Assembly: GCA_049424145.1 (NCBI GenBank)
Contig: JBMSSC010000091.1
Coordinates: 1-11,195 of the forward strand
Origin: Bdellovibrionia bacterium
Lineage (GTDB): Bacteria; Bdellovibrionota; UBA1018
Length of the DNA stretch: 11,195 nucleotides
Direction of reading: 5' to 3'
Both the position numbers and the translations under genes were made by a program. The stretch's first letter is position 1. Each line of letters opens with the position of its first letter. The notes beneath the pieces are model-generated. The model was not told where the DNA came from and ran no database searches. It saw only the letters and a list, made by a program, of their open reading frames with translations. This document shows positions 1 through 6,681 of the stretch, one piece after another.

Positions 1-1677
1 CCCCTGGCCGCCTTCAGTAGTTTGGCCATCAGTTGGTCAATTACCATCTCCCTGGGAATTGTGATTCTCCTGGGCGTCATCACGGTTTCGTATCGGCAGA
101 CCATTGATGCTTATCCGGGAGGGGGAGGCGCCTACATTGTGGCTAAGGAAAACTTAGGCACGGTTGCAGGTTTAGTGGCTGGGGCTTCCTTGTTGATTGA
201 CTATGCTCTAACTGTTGCCGTGTCCACCGCCGCTGGGGTGGAGAACATTTCCTCAGCCTTTCCTTTTTTGGCTCAGCACAAAGAAGCCATAGGAGCGTTG
301 ATCATCCTCATCATCATGATGTTTAATCTAAGAGGAGTGAAAGAATCAGCCACATTCTTTGCCCTGCCCACCTATTTTTTCATCTTCTCGTTTCTGATTC
401 TCATTGTGATGTCCGCTTTAAAGTTGATGACGGGTGAACATCTTCCGGTGGAGTCAGTCACCTCTGAGATTTATCCGGCTGTGCCCCTATTTCTCATTTT
501 GCGGGCCTTCTCCTCAGGCTGCTCCGCGCTCACTGGGATTGAAGCGATCTCGAATGGAATCCCCATGTTCCGAGAGCCTAGTCAAAAAAACGCCAAGATC
601 ACGATGGTCTGGATGTCGGTGATTTTAGGGGGATTGTTTTTAGGCATCACGGTGTTAGCTAGAACGTATGGGATTGTGCCGCATCCCGGGGAGACGACCG
701 TCTCTTTATTGAGTCATGCGGTTTTTGGGGATGGGATCTTTTATTACATGATTCAGGTCTCAACGGCCATGATCTTGATCCTAGCTGCCAATACGAGTTA
801 CGCCGATTTTCCTCGACTCTCCTCACTACTTGCCAAAGATCGCTTTCTTCCCAGGCAACTGGCAAGTCTGGGGGATCGTTTGGTGTTTTCAAATGGGATC
901 TTAGGCTTAAGCTTCTCGGCCATTCTTCTGATCATCCTATTTAAAGGTGAAACCCACCGCTTGATTCCTCTTTATGCCGTGGGAGTTTTTCTCTCGTTTA
1001 CTCTCTCTCAAGGAGGGATGGTACTTCATCACCTCAGGGAGCGAGAAAAAAACTGGTTCAGATCCCTATGCTTTAACTTAATTGGGGCCATCACGACTTT
1101 TTTGGTCCTCGGTGTGATTGCCATCACGAAGTTTCTGAGCGGTGCATGGATGGTGGTTTTTCTCATCCCCTTGCTCGTCTTTATTTTTAATGAAATCCAT
1201 AAACACTATGTGGCTGTGGGTCGAGAGCTTTCGATGAGTAGCGATGTGGTGCCACCTAAGCTTGAGCCCATCAAGCACACCGTGATTGTTCCCATCTCAG
1301 GGATTCACCGAGGTGTGATTGACGCTCTAAGATATGCGCTCAGTATCTCCGATGACGTTCGGGCCTGTTACGTTGAGATTGACTCCTCGGCCACTGAGCG
1401 GATGCATTTGGAGTGGAAAAAATGGGCGCATGAAGTTCCTTTTGTGGTTCTTAAGTCCCCTTATCGTTCCGTCATCACCCCGCTTTTGGATTACTTAGAC
1501 GACATTGAGCAGACAATTCATGGGGATTTGATCACGGTCATTATCCCTGAGTTTGTTACAGCCAAGTGGTGGCACCAGATCCTTCACAATCATACGGCAC
1601 TTCTGATTCGTGCTGCCCTACTCTTAAAACGCGGTAAGGTCGTGACAAGTGTGCGGTACTATTTAAAAGGAACATAA
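1..1677 (+). CDS. kimA: APC-superfamily YdaO/KimA-like transporter (putative K+/H+ symporter), 5'-truncated by the window edge
   Basis: The frame is open from base 1 (PLAAFSSLAISW...), so the true start is upstream. Motifs SYRQTIDAYPGGGGAYIVAKENLG, LLIDYALTVAVS, GCSALTGIEAISNG, LAANTSYADFPRL and LIPLYAVGVFLSFTLSQ. About 11 hydrophobic segments and a soluble C-terminal domain (SPYRS, IPEFV..KWWHQILHN), typical of YdaO/KimA. Confidence 0.85.
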   Translation, partial: PLAAFSSLAISWSITISLGIVILLGVITVSYRQTIDAYPGGGGAYIVAKENLGTVAGLVAGASLLIDYALTVAVSTAAGVENISSAFPFLAQHKEAIGALIILIIMMFNLRGVKESATFFALPTYFFIFSFLILIVMSALKLMTGEHLPVESVTSEIYPAVPLFLILRAFSSGCSALTGIEAISNGIPMFREPSQKNAKITMVWMSVILGGLFLGITVLARTYGIVPHPGETTVSLLSHAVFGDGIFYYMIQVSTAMILILAANTSYADFPRLSSLLAKDRFLPRQLASLGDRLVFSNGILGLSFSAILLIILFKGETHRLIPLYAVGVFLSFTLSQGGMVLHHLREREKNWFRSLCFNLIGAITTFLVLGVIAITKFLSGAWMVVFLIPLLVFIFNEIHKHYVAVGRELSMSSDVVPPKLEPIKHTVIVPISGIHRGVIDALRYALSISDDVRACYVEIDSSATERMHLEWKKWAHEVPFVVLKSPYRSVITPLLDYLDDIEQTIHGDLITVIIPEFVTAKWWHQILHNHTALLIRAALLLKRGKVVTSVRYYLKGT

Positions 1678-1740
1678 AAATTTTACTTAGAGCGAGTTGA
1701 CTGGACACGCGGGGTGTTCGATGTAGCCATTTTGCTTACG

Positions 1741-1768
1741 GTATGATCACTCTTCTGAGTGATCATAC
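1741..1768. repeat. Perfect 12-bp inverted repeat (GTATGATCACTC-ttct-GAGTGATCATAC); possible terminator for the APC transporter gene or an operator
   Basis: The arms are exact reverse complements around a 4-nt loop, about 63 nt after the transporter stop. Only TTT follows on the + strand, a weak U-tract. Confidence 0.75.
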
Positions 1769-1788
1769 TTTAGGAGAAAACACGTGGG

Positions 1789-1896
1789 TTACCTGTCCAA
1801 AGAACTCGTGCCAAGTATAGCTGATGCAATCATGACTTCCATGATCGTAAAAGCTGACTGCTGCTTGCGGATTTTTGAAAATAAGTAGGTTTTCAT
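1789..1896 (-). pseudogene. Truncated type IV prepilin/pseudopilin-like ORF (35 aa)
   Basis: Manual translation: MKTYLFSKIRKQQSA|FTIMEVMIASAILGTSSLDR*. Basic leader, small residue at -1, Phe+1, Glu+5 and a hydrophobic stretch give a class III signal/N-methylation pattern. Stop TAA at 1791-1789 leaves no globular domain. Confidence 0.6.
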
Positions 1897-2025
1897 TTAA
1901 AATTTATTTCAAATAAATAAACAAAAGTTTAAAACAAATTACTCAATCCTGACACAGGACTCCAGAATTATTCTGTTATAAGCGCTTTTTGGCATTAGTC
2001 AGTTTCAAATGGGACCTTCAAAAGC

Positions 2026-2617
2026 TCAGGCGTAAGAGGTTGATTTTTGAGTTGGGATGAACGCTATTTCAAACCCGATTCCTAGGCCAAGTTCCAGATG
2101 CCCTTTGATTAAAGAGGTTCCGGAGTCAACACCGAGATGACTGGGGTTGACGGCAGCATAGGTCAAGTCGCCTTCGACACTCAAGTTCAAACCACTCTCC
2201 CATAGACAGTCGTATCCTATGATCGCACGTGGCGGAGAGTCCTGATTCTGATCTCAAAATGAAGCCGCTGGCCACAGGAAGTTCTGCATAGGCTGAGCCG
2301 TGGGCTAGGCTTGGATTGAGAATGATCCGGCTGGTGTAAGCAGGAGCCGATAGCCTGATTTCATCATCAATTCCGGCTGCAAGCAAGAACGCTTTGGCTG
2401 ATCCTGATGAGACATTCATGTATCCTAAGGATGGGCCGATAGCGATTCGCTCTGTAACTTGGACGTTCATTTGAATATTGCTCAGGCCAATGAATAATCC
2501 CAAAGGCTCCACTGTGAAGTTGAACTTTTTCCTGCTGAATTCAGCCGCAAGGGCTAATTAAGAGGAACTCAAAGTCAATGTCGGCGCGAGAAAATCATCA
2601 AAAAATTTTGGTCTCAT
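2026..2617 (-). pseudogene. Disrupted small outer-membrane beta-barrel protein gene (DUF3575/OMP-like)
   Basis: SD AAAGGA (2629-2624) precedes ATG 2617. The degraded signal peptide MRPKFFDDFLAPTLTLSSS*LALA|AE has an in-frame TAA at 2560-2558. The same frame continues into the 2126..2512 ORF (FNFTVEPLGLFIGLSNIQMNVQVTERIAIGPSLGY). After a frameshift near 2227, another frame reads AIIGYDCLWESGLNLSVEGDLTY...HLELGLGIGFEIAF, amphipathic beta-strands ending in a beta-signal-like Phe, then 10 more residues to TGA 2028-2026. Confidence 0.65.
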
Positions 2618-2714
2618 GACAAGTCCTTTAGGGCGGACGTATTAATTAATTTAAATTTAGGTATTTATTTTTAATAAAGTGTTTAGACTAAAAAGAAAGA
2701 AAAAAAAGAGGGTT

Positions 2715-3611
2715 TTAGAAACGACTCATCAGTCCAACGGCAACCAATAGGATGGCTCCAGAGAGGGTTTGAACCGTGTTCAAGGGCGTGTGAAGGTAGA
2801 GAGTGTTTAAGAGAATGGCTCCAATGGGATAGATGAGTTCGATAAAAGACGTGACACTGGCCGGGGTAGAGGCCAAGCCATAGTAGTAAATCAGCATGGC
2901 AAATAGGCCCGGAATCAGACTTAAATAAATGAGTGAGTACAGAAGGGGGGAGGGGGTTAAGATCTCCCAGTGGAGGGTGGTTTTTGAAACTAGCAGAAAA
3001 GCAGAGAGACCTAAGAAGCCAAAGAAAAAACGCCAAAAGGTCGCTAAGAGCGGTGGAGTGCGGATTAAGAGTTTTTTTCCGGTAACGGTTGAGCCTGCCC
3101 AAAGAAGAGCAGCGCCTAAAGCATACTGAACTCCCGTGAAGTCGAAAGAGAAGTCTTGAGTGATGAAAGGAAACTGAAAATCAGGAAAGCTCAAAAGAAT
3201 GGCTGAGGCAATCGCAATGCTGCCCAGAAGAAAAAACTTAGGATTTGGGGTTTCCTTCAGAAAAATCCAGGCAATGAGCATCACCAAAACCGGCTGGAGT
3301 TTTTGGAGTAAAACGGCCACGGAGGGGTTTAAGTACTGAAAGCTTGCCGTGAAAAAAAGGGTCGCAAACGCAGAGCCTGCAAGACCACTGAAGAGAGCGG
3401 AGAACCATTCGGCCCCGTTTAAGCGAAACATCAAATCCTTGTGGTTTTTATAGATCCAAGGGAACAGGAGGACCACCGCCAGAACGTGCTCAAAAAAGAC
3501 AATAAAAGTTGGATCCACGGAGGCAATGGTGGGAAATCGAACAAGGGCGTCGGTAGCCCAGAGAAACGCTGCAAGGCCTACCCAAAATGGACCAGGTAAT
3601 CTAATGGACAT
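2715..3611 (-). CDS. EamA/DMT-superfamily transporter
   Basis: 298 aa with about 10 hydrophobic segments in two repeats. Motifs AAFLWA, LLQKLQPV...LKE, AALLWAGSTVTGK and IELIYP. Its start overlaps the trmFO 3' end by 11 bp. Confidence 0.9.
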   Translation of the reverse strand: MSIRLPGPFWVGLAAFLWATDALVRFPTIASVDPTFIVFFEHVLAVVLLFPWIYKNHKDLMFRLNGAEWFSALFSGLAGSAFATLFFTASFQYLNPSVAVLLQKLQPVLVMLIAWIFLKETPNPKFFLLGSIAIASAILLSFPDFQFPFITQDFSFDFTGVQYALGAALLWAGSTVTGKKLLIRTPPLLATFWRFFFGFLGLSAFLLVSKTTLHWEILTPSPLLYSLIYLSLIPGLFAMLIYYYGLASTPASVTSFIELIYPIGAILLNTLYLHTPLNTVQTLSGAILLVAVGLMSRF

Positions 3612-4953
3612 GTTCTTTGGGTGTAGTCATTTGTTGGGAATTTTTCCAGTCAGAAAAGTTTCGATCGGCTTGTTCAGCGATGAGTTTTCGGGTCTCCTCT
3701 TTCTTTTTTCCCTCGAGGTTTTTGAAAAATACAGGATCCAGGAGTCCAAAATGGATATTGGAGGGGCCGTAGCGCTCGGGATCACTTCCGGTGACGTGCC
3801 TGAGCAGGGCTCCTAACGCCGTGTTAGCTGGAGGGGGCGAGTGGGGCTGACCCTGCAGGCGTTGGAGGATGAACAGGGCTGCTAAGAGGCCACATGCGGC
3901 GGACTCTAAGTAGCCCTCCACTCCTGTAATTTGACCTGCAAAGTAGACTTGGGGATGGCCTTTTAAGGAGAGGTCAGCTCTTAAAACTTTGGGACCACAG
4001 AGGTACGTGTTGCGATGAATGGAGCCTAGACGGAGAAATTCCGCATGCTGGAGCGCTGGGATGAGGCGGAACACTTTGCTCTGCTCCGGATACTTGAGTT
4101 TGGTTTGAAACCCCACTAAATTGTAGGCCGTTTTGGCTAAGTTTTCAGGGCGAAGCTGAAGAATGGCATGAGCCCGGGATCCCGTTTTAGGATCTTCAAG
4201 TCCCACCGGCTTCATGGGGCCAAATCGTAAGCTTTCACGACCCGTGGCTGCAATGGCTTCGATGGGTTGGCAGCCTTGAAAGAACTTTTCTTTCTCAAAG
4301 CGCTGGGGGGGGACTTTTTCAGCGGCTAAAAGAGCATCGATGAACTGGTTGTACTGAGTCTCATTTAATGGGCAATTGAGGTAGGCCTCCTCCCCTCCTT
4401 TTCCATAGCGGTTGGCAAAAAAGCACTGGGTGTAGTCCAAGCTTGAGGCATCCACAATCGGGGCAATGGCATCGTAAAAGTAGAAGTCTCCTTGGGGGGT
4501 TACTTTGGAGATCCACTGACTGAGGGAATCGGAGGTTAAAGGACCTGTGGCAATGAGCGTGATGGCCTTGGCCGGGGGCTCTGAAACCTCTTCATTCGCC
4601 AGGGTGATATGGGAGTGGGAGCGCAACGCTCGGGTCACGGTGTCTGAAAACACCTCTCGGTCGACGCCTAAGGCTTCCCCGCTCGGTACACTCGCAGAGC
4701 TTGCAGCTCTTAAGATCAATGAGTTTAACCTGCTCATTTCGTTTTTCAGGATTCCGGGCGCCGACTCAATCGCCTTGGATTTAAAGGAGTTACTGCAGAC
4801 GAGCTCGGCAAATTTGTCCGTCTGATGGGCCGGCGTACTGACCTGGGGCCTCATTTCATGCAGAATGACAGAGATCCCTTTTTCCGCCAAAAAATAGGCA
4901 GCTTCACTGCCTGCTAAGCCTCCACCTATGATATGAACTCGTAGACTACTCAT
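3601..4953 (-). CDS. trmFO: Folate/FAD-dependent tRNA (m5U54) methyltransferase TrmFO (Gid)
   Basis: Motifs IIGGGLAGSEAA (FAD), EMRP...TPAH, AELVCSNS, FYDAIAP, GPMKPVGL, YNLVGFQT, HRNTY and FAGQITGVEGYLES. Start placed at ATG 4953 just before the Rossmann strand; ATG 4971 is an alternative. The track start at 5016 overlaps dedA. Confidence 0.95.
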   Translation of the reverse strand: MSSLRVHIIGGGLAGSEAAYFLAEKGISVILHEMRPQVSTPAHQTDKFAELVCSNSFKSKAIESAPGILKNEMSRLNSLILRAASSASVPSGEALGVDREVFSDTVTRALRSHSHITLANEEVSEPPAKAITLIATGPLTSDSLSQWISKVTPQGDFYFYDAIAPIVDASSLDYTQCFFANRYGKGGEEAYLNCPLNETQYNQFIDALLAAEKVPPQRFEKEKFFQGCQPIEAIAATGRESLRFGPMKPVGLEDPKTGSRAHAILQLRPENLAKTAYNLVGFQTKLKYPEQSKVFRLIPALQHAEFLRLGSIHRNTYLCGPKVLRADLSLKGHPQVYFAGQITGVEGYLESAACGLLAALFILQRLQGQPHSPPPANTALGALLRHVTGSDPERYGPSNIHFGLLDPVFFKNLEGKKKEETRKLIAEQADRNFSDWKNSQQMTTPKEHVH

Positions 4954-4996
4954 GGCTGATTCGGATATCATAGTTTTATAAAAAGAAGAGCGTGGA

Positions 4997-5632
4997 ATGG
5001 ATAAACTGTTTAACATTTTAGATCAACTCATCGATTTTCTACTGAATTTTTATGGACCTATCCCTTATTTGATGGTGTTTGGGGTTCTTCTCATCTGTGG
5101 TTTAGGGGCTCCCATGCCCGAGGATATTATTCTTTTGGCTGCAGGACTGTGTGCGTACGTGGGGATTATGGACCTTTGGACTGCAATCTTAGTCTCCTAT
5201 TTAGGCGTGATTATTGGGGATTCAATTATTTTCTACTTAGGAAATGTATATGGTCATAAGCTCACGAGTCAGTGGTTCTTTCGGAAGATCTTGCACGAAG
5301 AGCGGCTCAAGAAGGTTCAAGCGGAGTACCATAAAAAAGGCAATCGCCTGATTTTCATGGCCCGATTCATGCCGGGATTTCGCGCACCCATGTACTTTTC
5401 AGCAGGAACTTTGCATTTGCCTTATCGGGTCTTTCTTTTTTATGATGGGCTAGCAGCTTTACTGAGTGTCCCTGCGATTATTTGCGCAGTTTACTATTTT
5501 GGCGATCAATTGGATCACGTGGTGAAGGTTGTCAAACGAATTGAGCATGGAATTCTCTTAGGGATTGGGTTAGGAGTCCTTGCCTTTGGAGCTCGATGGT
5601 TCTTCACTCATCGTGGGCTCAAGAAAAGTTAA
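4997..5632 (+). CDS. dedA: DedA family membrane protein
   Basis: 211 aa with the DedA signatures GLGAPMPEDIILLAAG, GD...FYLG...G and ARFMPGFR...SAG...F..YD. Confidence 0.9.
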   Translation: MDKLFNILDQLIDFLLNFYGPIPYLMVFGVLLICGLGAPMPEDIILLAAGLCAYVGIMDLWTAILVSYLGVIIGDSIIFYLGNVYGHKLTSQWFFRKILHEERLKKVQAEYHKKGNRLIFMARFMPGFRAPMYFSAGTLHLPYRVFLFYDGLAALLSVPAIICAVYYFGDQLDHVVKVVKRIEHGILLGIGLGVLAFGARWFFTHRGLKKS

Positions 5633-5675
5633 ACCCAGGATCAGTTTTTGGAAAAGAAAAGGGTGTGGATCAGAT

Positions 5676-6677
5676 ATGAGAAGCCCGTTGAAGGTGGCTA
5701 TTTTAAGCGCATTTTTGTTCTCGTTTTATGCCCAGGCTCACCCAGAAAAAACAGAGTCGCTCTCCCCAAACGTTGAGACCAAGACGTCTTCATTCAGCGT
5801 TTCGACTTTGAGCTCTTTTGATCCGGATACTCAAAAGGCGATGGTCGAGAAGTGGTGCCAAGAAGTGAGCGCCGCAATTAAACCATTTCGCTGGAAGGTG
5901 GAGCCGTGTCAAAACATGAAGTGGAAAGTGGGGGCTCAATCCGTCCAGGGTCGGCCCCTGGTTTATGCCGACTTTGGAGATCCCGATGCAGCGAATACGA
6001 CCCTCGTGCTCTCCACCATTCATGGCGATGAGATTACCCCCCTCTACTTGGCCCTTCAGCTCGGACAATGGTTAAACGCTCATCAAGGCCAGTTTGGAAA
6101 AACTCGCGTTGTGATTGCTCCTTTGGTGAATCCGGATGGTTTCTTTCACTCCCCAAAGACGCGAATGAACGCGCGAGGCGTGGATGTGAATCGCAACTTT
6201 GAGACTCAAGACTGGTACCGAACGGCTTTACTGGCCTGGAAAAAGAAGTTTAGAAAAGACCCCAGGCGGTTTCCCGGTCATGCTCCCCGCTCTGAGCCTG
6301 AGACCCTGTTTCAAGAAGCCCTGATTCATGAGATTAAGCCTCAAAAGATCCTGGCCATTCACTCCCCTTTGAACTACCTGGACTACGATGGCCCCAGTGA
6401 GCTTTCATTGTCTCAGTTCCCCACCGAATACACGCAGGTGTGTGAGAAGTTGAAGAAAAGCGTCAAAGCCGTTTCCGCAGGTTTTTTCCCGGGCTCCTTG
6501 GGGAACTTCGCAGGCCGTGAGCTGGGCATCCCCACTCTGACTTTGGAGCTGCCCTCAGCCGACCCAAATAAGGCTGAGACGTATTGGAAGAATTTCACCG
6601 GTGGGATCTGGACCATGATTCGCTTTGAAGTGCCCAGTTTTGCCTCCGGTGGACCGAGTCCAAAAAACGGGGGCTAA
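5676..6677 (+). CDS. Exported M14 zinc carboxypeptidase, murein peptide amidase A (MpaA)-like
   Basis: Motifs HGDE (HxxE), NPDG, RMN..GVDVNRNF, SEPET, IHS, GSLG and TLELP (catalytic Glu). Start at ATG 5676 gives a Sec-type signal MRSPLKVAILSAFLFSFYAQA|H and avoids overlap with dedA. Confidence 0.85.
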   Translation: MRSPLKVAILSAFLFSFYAQAHPEKTESLSPNVETKTSSFSVSTLSSFDPDTQKAMVEKWCQEVSAAIKPFRWKVEPCQNMKWKVGAQSVQGRPLVYADFGDPDAANTTLVLSTIHGDEITPLYLALQLGQWLNAHQGQFGKTRVVIAPLVNPDGFFHSPKTRMNARGVDVNRNFETQDWYRTALLAWKKKFRKDPRRFPGHAPRSEPETLFQEALIHEIKPQKILAIHSPLNYLDYDGPSELSLSQFPTEYTQVCEKLKKSVKAVSAGFFPGSLGNFAGRELGIPTLTLELPSADPNKAETYWKNFTGGIWTMIRFEVPSFASGGPSPKNGG

Positions 6678-6681
6678 AAGG

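Noticed and set aside
1902..1918. ATTTATTT-c-AAATAAAT inverted repeat just upstream of the prepilin stub
   Set aside because: Nearly all A/T within an AT-rich tract, so it cannot be distinguished from chance.
1678..2025. tRNA, riboswitch, CRISPR array, dif site or sigma54 promoter in the intergenic region
   Set aside because: No cloverleaf or T-loop, no repeat-spacer periodicity, no XerC/D consensus, and TGGCA near 1990 lacks a correctly spaced TTGC.
2126..2512. 128-aa ORF as an intact gene
   Set aside because: It is the middle piece of the beta-barrel pseudogene, and its C-terminal ~33 aa are out of frame.
2640..2714. AT palindromes (ATTAATTAAT, AATTTAAATT) and an A-run as terminator or operator
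   Set aside because: Low-complexity AT sequence produces such palindromes by chance, and there is no GC stem before the minus-strand U-run.
5580..5675. Track N-terminal extension of the M14 peptidase (likewise 4954-5016 for trmFO and 6625-6648 for the glycosyltransferase)
   Set aside because: These extensions overlap neighbouring genes and bury the signal peptide or first motif. Downstream starts fit better.
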